Shown here: positions 28,701-41,816 of the stretch, piece after piece | Numbering within the stretch: position 1 is the first letter of the stretch | Layout of the letters: the number at the start of each line of letters is the position of its first letter | Source: Octopus sinensis | Lineage: Eukaryota | NCBI RefSeq assembly: GCF_006345805.1 | Contig: NC_043000.1 | Location: 123,132,001-123,196,000, forward strand | DNA: 64,000 bases | Reading direction: 5' to 3' | Program-made: the position numbers and the translations under genes | The notes under the pieces: model-generated | Databases searched by the model: none | What the model saw: only the letters and a program-made list of their open reading frames with translations | Told to the model about the DNA's origin: nothing

Positions 28701-30844
28701 CAAATTCTCTTGTGAGTCTTTCATTCAGTCTTTACTCAATATATATTTTCTTTATTATATTCTGCTTATAATCATGATTTGCTGAAACCAGTGCTCATTA
28801 AGTTATAAGTACTATCTCTCTCTATATATATATACTCCTATAGCTTTTAGTGTAAATTATTTTATATTTATTTCTTATATTTTATTTACTTTCTTCAACA
28901 ATTTTATAATGGTTGAAATCATAATTAATTTAGATATCTGTATCTATATTATAAAATATATTTAATCGAGAATAAGACTTACAAGTACTGTGAGATTTGA
29001 GATATAAAATTAGAAAGACACCTACTAACCTGTTATTTTAATTTCTCTCTCATTTTCTTTTTTCTTTCTTTTTATTTTTCAATTTAAATACACAATATAT
29101 CATGTTATGACATTTGGTGATTTGTATAACAGAATTTACCACATACTTAATGCATTAGATACTCCAGTGTTTTAATTTTTGATGATCATAAGCTTTGTAA
29201 TGTTTTCAATTCATCTTTATTTTCATAATTTCCAGACAAATTAACAAAACTATTGTTATAGGCTAGGCTTTAGATAAGTCTACAATCAAAGTATATAAAT
29301 CAATAACCTTCCATAAAATTAACCTACTAGAATAAATATATAAAACAATAGAATTATCAAAATGAATTTTCTCAAATGAATTTATTCATAAAGTGTATAT
29401 TTAAATCTTTCTTTCCAATTGCTTGAAAAGTTTGCATTCAAGAAGAGGGACAACTATTTTACCATGAACAGGAATGTCTTCTGCATTTATGCAGAGGACA
29501 GTTGCCATTACTACTAATAGGGAATTTTCTTTTTAAGGTATATAATTTCTTTTTTTCTTCTTTTTATGTAATATATATGATAAATAATGCAGCTCCCAAA
29601 AAGAGAAAAATAGCACTGCAAAAGTAAAGAATCCAGTTTATCAACATAAAACATTTGTCTGGAACAAAAAAATTATGTGAGTTCAGTTCCCACTTGGCTT
29701 GCACTCACTAATTATTATTTCTCATACAACCATTTTTATGAATGCTTTGATCTAAAGATGTATGATGTATGCAGATGTGTGTGCATGCATGTATGTTTAA
29801 GTTATTGTATGAGTCTGAAATCTTACTGCAAACAGAATAGTGCAATAATTACTTGAGTTTCAAAATCTAAATCTGTACCTATTAAAGTGTTAAGAACATG
29901 ATAATTTTTTCTTGTTTTATCAGCCTCCATTATTACTGACTAGTTTACTACAAAAGTAACTATTTTAGCTTCATTATTATAAAATTACTTATACTACAAT
30001 GTATTATGGAAAATGCATTAAAGCTAAAACTGATAGTGCAGAGATTAATTAGTGTAAGTTAATCTATTCAGTGCCTTATTGACTGATGCTAAAATCCTGT
30101 CAGGTCTACCTTTGCCTTTCATCTCTTTAACACCAATAAAATTAATATGAGTAATATACTTGAGTAAATTTCATCACTTATGCCCTTCTGACATAAAGCT
30201 ATGCCTACTTCAACGGAGTTGCTAATATTGTTATTTTTTACCTCATTCACACAAGAAATAGTCAAATGCTGTTAGTTTTATCATTAATAATGATTGTTCC
30301 ACAACATGGCCACTATCTGTAACTAGTAAAATTATAAAACAAAATCATATTACTTTCATTATCAGTGTTTTGATGGCAAAAAATTTTCAAATTTTTGATT
30401 TTCTTACTTTTTTTGTTGCAAAAATGTTTGATGATCTTCTTTGCTTTCTATTTGGAATTTATCAACTTTCCATCAATGAAATATATCATTTAATTGCATG
30501 TTAATTCATAAAGATAGCTATTTAATGCACACATATTAACTTAGAATTTATGAAATTTTCATAAGAAACACTTGGAAATTTTGTAAATAAAAATTTCATA
30601 AATAACAACTTTATCAAGCATTACATTTCACCAAGACTTGTTTGGAAATAACATCACTTGAATAATAACAATATGCTTGTATCTGATGGTATTAATGGAA
30701 GTCACAATTTGACATTTCTTCCATGAGAGATTAAATATTTAGTAGAAAAAATATGGGTGCTTTTTGATATAACCTACATTACATTCATTTCAAATCCAGA
30801 TTTTTCATTGGCTCTATTCATATGACCATATATATATATGTAGA

Positions 30845-30990
30845 TAAGTCAATGTTCAGTCAATGGTTTTGCATCCACTAAAGGCTTAGCCCCATGAACG
30901 TCTCATCAGACTCTAAAACCAAAAACATATGTAACTCTTCACCTCTGGGCGGCAGGAATCCGTTACAGTCATTTGGTCAGTAAGTCACCA
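30845..30990 (-). mobile_element. Solo fragment related to the outer arm of the 9626-10248 element
   Basis: Shared motifs ACTxACTGACCA, GAGTCTGATGAG and GCTAAG..CTTTA.TGG.TGC.AAACCA.TGAC. Confidence 0.55.
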
Positions 30991-31000
30991 AAAAATAAAC

Positions 31001-31064
<64 letters not shown>

Positions 31065-31095
31065 GTGTGATTATAATTGTCTATATATATATATA

Positions 31096-31141
<46 letters not shown>

Positions 31142-31159
31142 CGTGTGATTATAATTGTC

Positions 31160-31193
<34 letters not shown>

Positions 31194-31221
31194 CACACAT
31201 ACACACACACACATATATATA

Positions 31222-31286
<65 letters not shown>

Positions 31287-31616
31287 GTAAATAAGTAACA
31301 AGGATGTCCAGGTATCAATATGGCCATTTCAAGCGGCTCCATTTAATCAATCAATGAAAACATCAATTTGAAAGAAACTGCTACCCTCAGACGTAGATGA
31401 CCATATAGATTTCCAACATAATGTATAAACCATTTTTAACAAATTTATATCAATACTAGAAACCAAAATAATTACATTGTTATATTTGTGGCAGAATGAG
31501 TTTAGGAAAAAATGCTCACATAACTTGGAGCTGTGTGGACTATACCGAACTGGCTTAGTGTCTCAATTTAAGTACCTAATTCAAATGAATCTTAATTATG
31601 TATATATATATATATT

Positions 31617-31914
31617 TATATGGAAAAAAAATCAAGGTAGAAAATGCTAAAATAATTTTCTGAAAAACATTTCAGTACCGGTTTCAGTCATTGAGACTTC
31701 TTTAACTGTAAGCATGGAAAACAATTAAATTTTGGAAAAATTAAATGAAAAGTTTTTTTAAAAGAATATTTTCATAGTATTCAAACAAGGAAAATGTCTC
31801 TTTAATTGTTTTCCATGCTTACAGTTGAAGAAGTCCCAATGACTGAAACCGGCACTGAAATGTTTTTTATAAAATTATTTCAGCATTTTCTACTTTGACT
31901 TTTTCCCATATATA
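31617..31914. mobile_element. Inverted pair of PLE pLTR-like arms (about 113 bp) with a hammerhead-like core
   Basis: Arms 31617-31729 and 31801-31914. The + arm reads CAG-TTGAAGA-AGTC-CCAAT-GACT-GAAACCGGCA-CTG; the - arm reads CAG-TTAAAGA-AGTC-TCAAT-GACT-GAAACCGGTA-CTG. Confidence 0.85.
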
Positions 31915-32614
31915 TATCGACTCATGTGTTCCTTTTCAACCTTATATATATATATATATATATATTTAAAAACATATACATTTATATATATATATATTTA
32001 AAAACATATACATTTATATATATATCCATCTTTCTATTGTCCTTTTCATGTAATTAAATATAGACTGTGCATGTAAATACGTAGATTTAAAATACCATGT
32101 TTATCTATGGCACATCTTTGTAAAATGCTCTTGTTAATACCATCTCATCACTCTCCAAAAGCATTTCATCAGTGAAAATCTAGACTTCTTTTAAAAATGA
32201 TTCACCCATGACAGTCCAATGTCATTTTGTTTAGAGCATTTCAACTATGATCAAACCAAAATCAAAACAGCTAAAAATCAGCTATTTCAAATTGTAGCAT
32301 ATTTAAAGGACATATGCTTGTGATACACTATACTTGTGTGAAAAGAATGGGGACATGATCATACGTAGAATATCTTTGTGATTTGCACCAACAATGATGG
32401 CTGGTGTCATCTTCTATAGCTATTAAGCAATACTATAAGAGAGAAATTTGGTAGACAGATACTAGAAGAACCATTGAGTGTGTGTATGACTGAATGCATG
32501 CGTGCATGTTTGTGTGTGTGTGCACATGCAAGTGGTGTAAATACATAATGTTCTATATGCATACACACACCTATATGTGTGAATGTGAAATATATTTCTA
32601 TGTATATATAGATG

Positions 32615-32671
<57 letters not shown>

Positions 32672-32767
32672 TATTTATATATATATTTATATATATATAT
32701 ATATGAATCTTTGTATGTCTATATATGTACATATATATGTCTGCATGTGAATGTGTATGTGTGTGTT

Positions 32768-32804
<37 letters not shown>

Positions 32805-32806
<2 letters not shown>

Positions 32807-33020
32807 CTTTGTGTCTGTGTTTGTCTCCCATTACTGCGTGACAACCGGTGTTGGTGTGTTTACATCCCTATAATTTAGCAGTTCGGCAGAAGAGACTGGT
32901 AGAATAAGTACCAGGCTTTAAAAAAAAATAAGTACTGGGGTCAATTCATTAGACAAAAAATTCAAGGCAGTGGCTCAGCTTGGTCACAGTCTAATAACTG
33001 AAACAAGTAAAAGATAAAAG

Positions 33021-33021
<1 letters not shown>
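32805..33021 (+). mobile_element. 3' half of the tRNA-derived SINE family of 45247-45660
   Basis: GTCTGTGTTTGTCTCCC...GACAACC...TAGAATAAGTAC...ACTGAAACAAGTAAAAGA is shared. Confidence 0.8.
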
Positions 33022-33051
<30 letters not shown>

Positions 33052-34149
33052 TAGGCAAATCAAAAATGAAAACAAGAATAAAAACAAAACCAGGAAAAAC
33101 AACAAAAAGTCAAAATGACATAAATAGTTAATATATTAGTTTGACATTCAAAGACAGTCCAAGATAGAAAAAAGAGGTGGGGCTGATGTTTCAGGCATGG
33201 CTCTTTGTTAAGACGAAAGGGGAAAAAGCCCAGAGTGAAGGAAAAGGGTAGTCTTAGAAAAGTACTTGTCTTATTACATAGCTGTAGTGACACTCTATGA
33301 ATGTTCAGTTAATAATGAATAATAAGTTTATTTCAAATAATTCTTTAATTATCTGCAATGCATTAGTATCTATGTTTCTGTGTATAGAATTTTCTAAGCA
33401 GAATTAATTATTTTCTCTTTTCTTGTGTATAAATTTCCCTGATGTAACATTAGTTTATGAACTCATTCAGAGCTAATTGATTAAGTAAAAAAGTATTTTG
33501 TTATTTCACATCTAGCTACAGAGGTAACCTATTGTGAATCCTAATTGCTATCTTTAATATAAATATACATTTTAAGCTTTTTAGTTTTAAAACTCTTATA
33601 TTAACTTGTTTGAATATCCACATGAAGCAAAAGGATTTCACTGTCCCCATACTCAGTCATATACATACATACATACATACATACATACATACTTATACAC
33701 ACACACATGTACATACTCATACACACATTAAATATAGGTAAAATCATTTGTAAAATTGAAATTTGTAGTTATATATTCAGGATGCTTGTTAACACATATA
33801 TTTAGAAAATTCTAAAACAAATGAACAAACTTTTTGTATAAATGAAAGGAGACTAGGAATTTCATATATCATTGGCTCTGTCTATTTGTCTATCTGTCTG
33901 TCTGTCTATCTATCTATCTGTTTATTCCAGTATACAAGATATTTGCTTTTAGAGTGGGCTTTGGTGTTAGGGATGTGTAAGGAATGGGTAGAGTGAAGGA
34001 ATGTGGGGGAGATGAAGGAGTTGGGATGGTTTTGGTGGTAAAGGTTGTGTATATCAAAGTTGTGTGTGACATGTATTAATTTCTCTCGTTTTGGAAATGA
34101 GAAACACCATTGGGGATGGAGAGGCAACGTTTATTTTTATGGTGCAGAT

Positions 34150-35346
34150 GGCCAGTTTGCTAAGGTATATCTGCATACATGAGGGCAAGTGGAAAACACT
34201 TCACTTTTAGAGTTCAGAAAATCTCCTGAATGGAGTGAGGTCTTCAATATGATTCTTTTCTCAGTAAAAAAAGGGTGCACCTCTTAATACTGTTAAAGCA
34301 AGGTTTGCACTTTTTAATATACTCCACTTGATGTAATGTGCAGCATTTTCTTTCAATGTTCATACATTACAACTTACTTGAATATTAAACAATGATTTTC
34401 AATGTTGAATCTGGTCCTAAGAGGACCTTTAACTGAGCCCACATACCTCTGTACATCTATTTGCTCTACTGGGATCCTCTGTCTCATACACAACAGTTTC
34501 TGTATTGCACTGGCTGTTTGGTGAGCATATGACATTACTTCTGCATGAGCAACATGCCTCAGTTCTAGGTTTAGGCCAACTTACTAATATTTTCATTGTT
34601 GTAGGTTCACAGCTAAAAGAGACCCTTAAATTGTGTCTATTAAAGATTTTCCTGTATCTGTGTTTAGAGTAAATGCTTATCAACTTAATTTAGGAAGATC
34701 CTACCTCACAAGTTTTTACATTTAGAGAAAATGGAGTGGTATATAATTTACCACTCCATTACATTATGGTGGCATTTTTGCTTGGTGGACTTAGGGTTGG
34801 ATATATAACTAATGCTATCCTTCAAACCACTGACAGCCAGGGCCTCGTTGTAGTACATGATTGCTGCATTGAAGATCTCTTTATTCACAGATAAGTTGAA
34901 GACTCTTCTGCTTACCTCTTTAACTAGGTTCCTGTAAACTATGGCTAGATGACAGGAAGCTGTATTGATATATGCCAGCCCCCTCATTTAGCTTCCAACA
35001 AGATTTATAGGTTACAGTGTCTAGATTTAATATCCCATCTACACAATCACCTACTTTCAAATTAGTCTCTGCTATGACTTTGAGCCCAAGAGAATTAAAT
35101 GCATGGGTTAGGCCCTTACTGAGTTAATTCAGTGTGTGGCTAGATAGTGCTAAGGCATTCTTGAGTAAAATGGCCACATATGTGAGCACTGACAATTGCT
35201 CACATCGCAACATCAAAGCAACCCTCCAGGTCAGTCCATTTAACTCAGGTTAAAACCTTGTCAATTAGTAGGGCTTTTTTGGCATTCATGATGTTTATGT
35301 CCTCATTGCTAATTTCAGTATAGTCCTTAGTGAAGTTGAGTGCCCT
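34150..35346 (-). mobile_element. Decayed Penelope-like element: partial RT, linker and GIY-YIG endonuclease
   Basis: RALNFTKDYTEISNEDINIMNAKKALL; FDVAM*AIVSAHIC (FDVTMGS-like); GLKVIAETNLKV; KEIFNAAIMYYNEALAVSG; YRKIFNRHNLRVSFSC; YVGSVKGPLRTRFN; FLNSKSEVFSTCPH. The YRDD segment appears deleted. Confidence 0.9.
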
Positions 35347-35934
35347 ATATATCATGTGCGTGTGTGTGTGCGTGCATGTGTGTGTGTGTATTGTTTGTGA
35401 TAGACACATGCAGAGGTTCTGTTTCGCTTGTTTTCATTATTGGTCAACTGGTTAACCAATTAACTAATTGACTATTGATTAAGCATTGGACCAATCAGTA
35501 AATCAGTGGACTTGTCAAAATCCTTTCAGAACTGTTCATAGCTTCTTCAAGAATAATTTCTTATTACTCCATGCATGTTTATAATACAGTAGCAAAAATT
35601 TCACAGTGAGACAGACATGGAGAAATGAGAACATGTCATTTACATGGTCACAAATCGCAACAAAAGCACTCTGACAAACCTGTTGATTGACAGATTGATA
35701 GGATGATTAATCAAGTAATCGAATAGTTAATTGAATAATTGGTTAATTAGACAATTTGACTAATAATAAAAAGAAAATAGAAAGAAACAGTGTGTGAGTT
35801 TATATTAGAAAATTACCTTCCCAAAATACATGTTTTAATGCATGAAGTCTTAGATCAAAAATCATGCAAAACAAAACCTATATATTTATGCATATAAACA
35901 CACACACACCTGCATGTGTATACATATATGTGAG

Positions 35935-36070
35935 TATGTATGTTTGTGACTGTGTGATGAGAGGTTTGCTTTCCAACCACATGGTTCGAGGGTGAATTCC
36001 ACATTGGGTAATTGTAAACCACATCTACTCACAAGGCTTTGGTAGATAGAAACTGAAAGAGGCCTGCTGT
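35935..36070 (+). mobile_element. Degenerate SINE 5' half
   Basis: TTCCAACCACATGGTTC and GGCTTTGGTAGATAGAAACTGAAAGAGGCC match the 45247 family. Confidence 0.6.
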
Positions 36071-36099
36071 GTGTGTGTGTGTGTACACACAACACACCA

Positions 36100-36915
36100 G
36101 AACAAATAAGTTAAACAACAAATATAGGAATCAGGTTGTTCTCTAGTACCACCCAATCATCAGTTCACATGTTTCAACAAAGATCGCTAGGTAATTTTTT
36201 GCTACTTTAAACAAATACTTCCCAAAATCAGATAGATACCATGCTGTTTTTAATAGACACACCATGAAGATATCTTACACTAACTCTATTAATTTAGAGC
36301 AACATATGCACCATATTAACGATAGTAAAATAAAACAAGAGTTCAATAACCCACCTACTGGAACTTGTGAACACATACACCAAAATACCAAGAAAGGAGA
36401 TGTAAACTGCAAGGAAAAACACCAGATACAATTATGTTGTGATAATTGCAATAATAGTGATATAACTAATACTGTAACGACACCAGAAAATTAAGTTAGA
36501 ATACCATATATACAACTAAATATAATAAATGCTCATGCAGAGAAAAATCAAGATGCCCATTAATAACCTCTGTATGAGTACAAATCTTGTATATAAATGT
36601 ACCATAAACACAATAGGAAGACTGTATATTTACATTAGATCAATGGCTGATTCATTCAAGAATCGTTATTGCAACCATGTCACCAGTTTCAAGAAAATCA
36701 ACGAGACATTCAACATCTTTGGCTGGTTTAGTGTGGTGACTTAAAATAAAATTAAGTATAACGTAACTTGGTATATAGTAAGGCATGCAAAATCATATAA
36801 TATCATTTTCAGGAGATGCCAAATTCTCCTCTGGGGAATCCCTGTCTATTCTGTGGACTAATGAGAAGATGATTAATAGAATTTCTAAAAGACTCTCAAG
36901 ATGCTTACATGCATA
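36100..36915 (+). mobile_element. Second decayed Penelope-like fragment (linker and GIY-YIG), different subfamily
   Basis: FFATLNKYFPKSDRYHAVFNRHTMKISY; NLCMSTNLVYKCTIN; SFKNRYCNHVTSF; YNVTWYIVRHAKSYN..RRCQ. Confidence 0.88.
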
Positions 36916-37529
36916 TAAATGCACTTTTGCACAATGCAGTGGGAATGAATTTGAGTGACCATTAGCCTAATAAATAATCATAATTCCCTTTAAGGTATGG
37001 ATGAATTAAATTTAGCTCTAACCTCCCCATTCTTATAAACACCAAGTAGCTATTTAATTTGCTACATGAACATATGTGTGCCAAACTGCACATGTGCATA
37101 TGCTTACATCTTTGTGGATGTTTGTATGAGCAAGTGTATATGCACCATACAACCCATATGAAGGCATATATACATCCATATTCGTTAACGGTTATATTTA
37201 ATACTTTTCTTGGTGTATTGTGTGTGTGTTTCTTTTTAGCATCTGTTATTTTTTATTATTGATTTTCTATCTAAATGAGGCTATATAAATGAAGCTACAT
37301 AAATTATTTGCTGCATTTCTTTACACAAATCGAGAAGATACCTTGAGGAACTGTTATTTTAATGAGTTATATCAATTTATCCCCTGAAATGACACTGTTG
37401 GATGTTCCTGAACCAGTTGTTAAGTATCCCAGCCCCAAAGGATCAATGCTAGATGGGTCAAAACAATTGCAGGGATTAATAAAAATTCTCATATCTTCCA
37501 TCTTCTGTCTCTCTCATTAACCAAATGTG

Positions 37530-37565
<36 letters not shown>

Positions 37566-37644
37566 TGTATGTATGTATGTATGTATAATACATTATAGGT
37601 GAAAGGCTCAGATTTTCAATACTCATAATACTATAGATGCTAAG

Positions 37645-37790
37645 CACTGTCATGGTTGTATGGTTAAGAAGCTCACTTTTAAATGGTTTGAGCCTCAGTC
37701 AAACTGTGTACTACTTTGGAAAAGCTTCAGATACTATAGCCCAAGGTTGACCAAAGCCCATGCAATAGTTGTATATCAATGTTGCTGTCA
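37645..37790 (+). mobile_element. Degenerate SINE 5' half
   Basis: GGTTGTATGGTTAAGAAGCT...ACTATAGCCCAAGGTTGACCAAAGCC. Confidence 0.55.
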
Positions 37791-38034
37791 TACATGTAGT
37801 GTCCCTCATTTTCAATTTTTCTTCAAGCCATGTCAAGCCATAAAGAATTATTGCTTTCCTTGGGAATCAACATTTACATCTAAGGTACAAATGGGTACAT
37901 CTCTTTTTGTAGTTGGGCAGCTACCAGTAATGTTTGCTAACATGACATGTTAAAAAACTCATCCACAGGCTTCAAAATTAAAAGACAAAATTCTTTACTT
38001 GGGAATCAGGTAAAGTTTCAACTTCCTCCTATAT

Positions 38035-38270
38035 CATCATCGTCATCGTCATCATTTAATGTCCGCTTTCCATGCTGCCATGGGTTGGATGGTTTGACTG
38101 AGAACTGACAGGCAGGAGGCTGCACCAGGCTCCAATATGATTTGGCAAGGTTTCTACATCTGGATGTCCTTCCTAATGCCAACCACTCTGAGTATGTAGT
38201 TTATGCTTTTTAATACCACCAGCATGGAAACCAGTCAGGCAGCACTGGCATCAGCCACATCTGAATGGTA
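38035..38270 (-). mobile_element. RTE-type 3' tail fragment
   Basis: (CAT)n-TTAATGTCCGCTTTCCATGC...GGATGTCCTTCCTAATGCCAACCACTC, homologous to 44295-44590 and 63315-64000. Confidence 0.8.
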
Positions 38271-38400
38271 AGGAGAGAGATCCACCCAATAGAGGTAGAA
38301 TCAACAAATAAAGTATTCCATCCAGTAAGAGATACATATCAATTTAACACACAACCGAAGGAGTTACTAATAGTTCTGAGCTTCCATGATACTTGAACAA

Positions 38401-38879
38401 GCATTTTTATGAAATAAACTATATATCTCCAAGCAATCTTTCAGGCTTTGTTTATGTGTTATATATTTTAAAAAGCAAGAGCACTGAAGTGAGAGAAAAT
38501 AAGAAAAAATGTACAAGAAGCATGAAGGTTGCTGCAGAAAATGGAATGAGAAGAAACAAAATCAAGAAAACTAAGATCCAAGTCCTCCCTGATTGCAAAC
38601 AATACATTAAATATAACTAGTAGAGAACAAAATGACAGAAAAGGTCTGTGATTCAGTTGCTGTCTTGCAGGCTTTGACATACTTCTGTTATAAGGATCTT
38701 AGTTTTCTTGTTTTTTTTTTTCATCTTGTCCCATTTTTTGCAGCAACCCTCTTCACATTTTATTCCATGTCTTTTCTTATTTTCTCACTGTCCAGTGTCC
38801 TAGTTTTTTAATATATGTAATGCATAAACAGAGCCTGAAAGATTACTTGGAGATGCATGGTGTATTTTATGAATATGCC
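38401..38879. repeat. Older foldback with about 180-bp arms (about 80%) and a spacer of about 115 bp
   Basis: 38401-38579 versus 38694-38879; shared cores include ATCTCCAAG(C/T)AATCTTTCAGGCT and CAAGAAAACTAAGATCC. Confidence 0.85.
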
Positions 38880-38959
38880 TTTAAACTGATACATACATAT
38901 ATATATATATATCTTTCATCTGTCACTGGTTCCAGGTGATTGGATTTCTTTTCTTTATT

Positions 38960-39850
38960 GTTTCTGATGAAGTAGCAAGTTGGATAGAGTTGCTTTTCTT
39001 TGTGCCTCCTGCTGCGATGTAAGATCATCTAGTATTTCAGAGAAAAATTTGTCAAGACATTCTTTGAAGACCTCTACATCTACACCTTGTGAATCTCTGA
39101 GTTTATTTAGCTGAATTCTGAGTAGATGTGAGCCCTTGAAACCTAAGCTGTTGCAAAACTGGGTCCTTATCCAAGATGAAAAAGACAGGGTCTTTGGTAT
39201 TATACAGTGCTGTCCAGTTCAGTGGTTGATATAGCTTTCTATTTTAAAGTTAGGAGCTAGACCTTCCCAAATCTTCCATATGTATATCACTACATATTTT
39301 TCATGCCTTCTCTCTAGGGAACAGAGCTTCAGTTCCTTTAGCCTCTCCCAGTAGCTCTTCTATTGCACTGAGTCGATCTTCTTTGTGTAGTGGTGCTGAA
39401 TTGTCTCAAGTTCTGCCACCACTTTGACACTCTGCAGTAACTAGAGTTGGGAGCAGTAATTCAGATGACTGAGAAGTTCTCCATAGGAGTAGCACGGTAT
39501 CCTTCTTCTTGGTTCTGAACAACCCTAGACCCCATACAGCTACTCACCTGCACTATGTTGCCATTTTGATAATATGCACATAAAATGTTGCATCATTACT
39601 TATGTGGATTCTCAGGTCACACACTAAATCTGACTCTGGGATTGCAATACCCCCTGGTACTATGTATTCTGATTGTAGTAATTTTGGGGGGACAATAGTG
39701 GAGTACTTGAAACTTCTCAGTATTGAGCAGCATGTTATTTTCATTAGCCCATTTGTACATTGCATTGAGGTCTTTCTGCAGTTTTAGGATGTTAGCAAGA
39801 TTCTTCATCACTTGTGATAATTTTGTATCGTGAGCATAGCTGACGACGGT
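38960..39850 (-). mobile_element. Decayed CR1/L2-group LINE, RT C-terminal part
   Basis: YAHDTKLSQVMKNLANILKLQKDLNAMYKWANENNMLLNTEKFQVLHY. Confidence 0.8.
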
Positions 39851-40200
39851 GGCTGAAGTTCAGGAGGTATGAGAGGTAAATATGTATTTAGTTAATCACG
39901 TGACTTACATAGGATTATGACTGTTTCACAACATTCTTCATGTAGTTTTCATTTCAGTATGGAAGAAATTATGTGTACATGTTTGCATTAATATGTACAC
40001 TCAGTATTATGCAATACAGTTGTATTTTCAAAAAGTCATACATAGAAAGATAGCTCATCAGCTCATCACAACAACATGGTCACACCAACAATTCAACTCT
40101 AAACAAACACACATAATTTCTTCCATACTGAAATTAATACTTCAAGAAGAAGGTTGCAATATGACCATAATCCTACAGAAGTCATGTGGTGAAGCAAATA

Positions 40201-41323
40201 TTGGGTTGGCAACTAAGTTCCCACCATTTAAAAAAATTTTTTTAAGATTTAATAAAAGATAACAACTAATTAATCAATAATGTATTCACCCTTGTTGTAT
40301 ACAACTTCTTCCCAACGTTCAACAAGATTTTCAATACCTCCTTGGTAGAAATCACCCCAATTTCAACTTGAAAAATTGATCCAACCAAGCATCAGTATTG
40401 AATGAAACACTCTGCATAGCATTTGAAAAAGATCGAAAGAGGTGGAAATCCATTGGTGCCAAATCAGGAGAGTAAAGCGGGTGTGGCAGCACTTCCCAGC
40501 CATGCATTTGAATAGCTTCCTTGGTCATATTGGCGATATGAGGGCAGGCATTTTTGTATAGCAGAAGAACTCCATGCTGCCGATTAGGTCTTTTCTCATG
40601 AGTCGTTCTGACCTTTTGGTTCCGTTCAAGCAATTCATAATGGATAATCCCTTCCCAGTCCCATTTCACATGCAGTGTTGCTTGTTTACCGGGGCTAAGC
40701 CATTCCTTATGCTGCTTCATATTGATGTACAGGTATCATTTATCATCGCCAGTAATGATTTGGTAAAGAAATCGTTGCTTGTGTCCATGAGTTGAGAGGT
40801 GACGAGCAAGCAAACCAGTGGAGATTGTGGCTCACTGATTTTTGTTGTTGTCACTTAAAGCATGTGAAACCTATGTTCCATGCTTCTGAAACTTTCCCAT
40901 TGAGTGAAAATGCTTCTCTATAGCAATGCGGAAGCATTCCATTTTCTCTGCCAGTTCCCTTGTCGTTTGATGAGAATTTTTGTGCAAAAGTTGGTTTAAT
41001 CACTCTTCACAGGACTCAACTGGACGGCCAGAATGAGGTACGTCTTTGAGGTCAAAATTTCCATTTTTTAAATTGGCATACCAATCATGAGTGGTTCTTT
41101 CAGCTATTGGACCCTCTCCATACACAGCACAAATGTCATGAGCAGCTTTTGCAGCCTTAGAACCTTGATTAAAAGCAAAAAAAAGGAGGTGTCGAAAATA
41201 CTTGTTTTTCTTAACTTGACATTCCATTTTAACTAGAAAAAAAACAAAATAGATTCCAAAATTTAAAAACGCAACAAATTCCAAAATTATAAAAAAACGG
41301 TGGGAACTTAGTTGCCAACCCAA
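40201..41323 (-). mobile_element. Mariner with perfect 25-bp TIRs, TA target duplication and broken transposase
   Basis: TIR TTGGGTTGGCAACTAAGTTCCCACC (40201-40225, 41299-41323), TA on both sides. Transposase MECQVKKNKYFRHLLFFAFNQGSKAA...SGRP and WEVLPHPLYSPDLAPMDFHLFRS. Confidence 0.95.
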
Positions 41324-41752
41324 TATGTATTCACATCTCACACCACCTGACTTTATGGTTTTTATATATGGCTCATCAAATAATCTTCTGGATTTTCAGT
41401 TACATGGACGCTCTACATTACATTTGTCATTTGTCATTGATTACTTGTGGTCTGGTAGCTGAGTTTGTAAGAGAAGTTCTCTATGATAGCCATGAAATTC
41501 TTTGAATCCTCATCTTATACACTATTCATTTATATATACATATATCTGATAACTTCTGGAGATTCACCAAACTTTTTTCCATATCAATCTTGAAAGTTGT
41601 GTTCACCAATTTGGAAAATAATATTGTTCACCATGTTATGTTTTATTTGCATAGCTTCAACCAAAGTGGCCAAGCAAAGAATATATGATTTTGGTTTCCA
41701 CCAGTTTTGGTCCAAATTATATTTTGTGTGTGTGTGTTTTTATGCATGTGTA

Positions 41753-41816
<64 letters not shown>

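Noticed and set aside
30910-30979. 70-nt open segment with AG and GTAAGT
   Set aside because: It shifts the frame, lies within a repeat fragment, and has no neurexin similarity.
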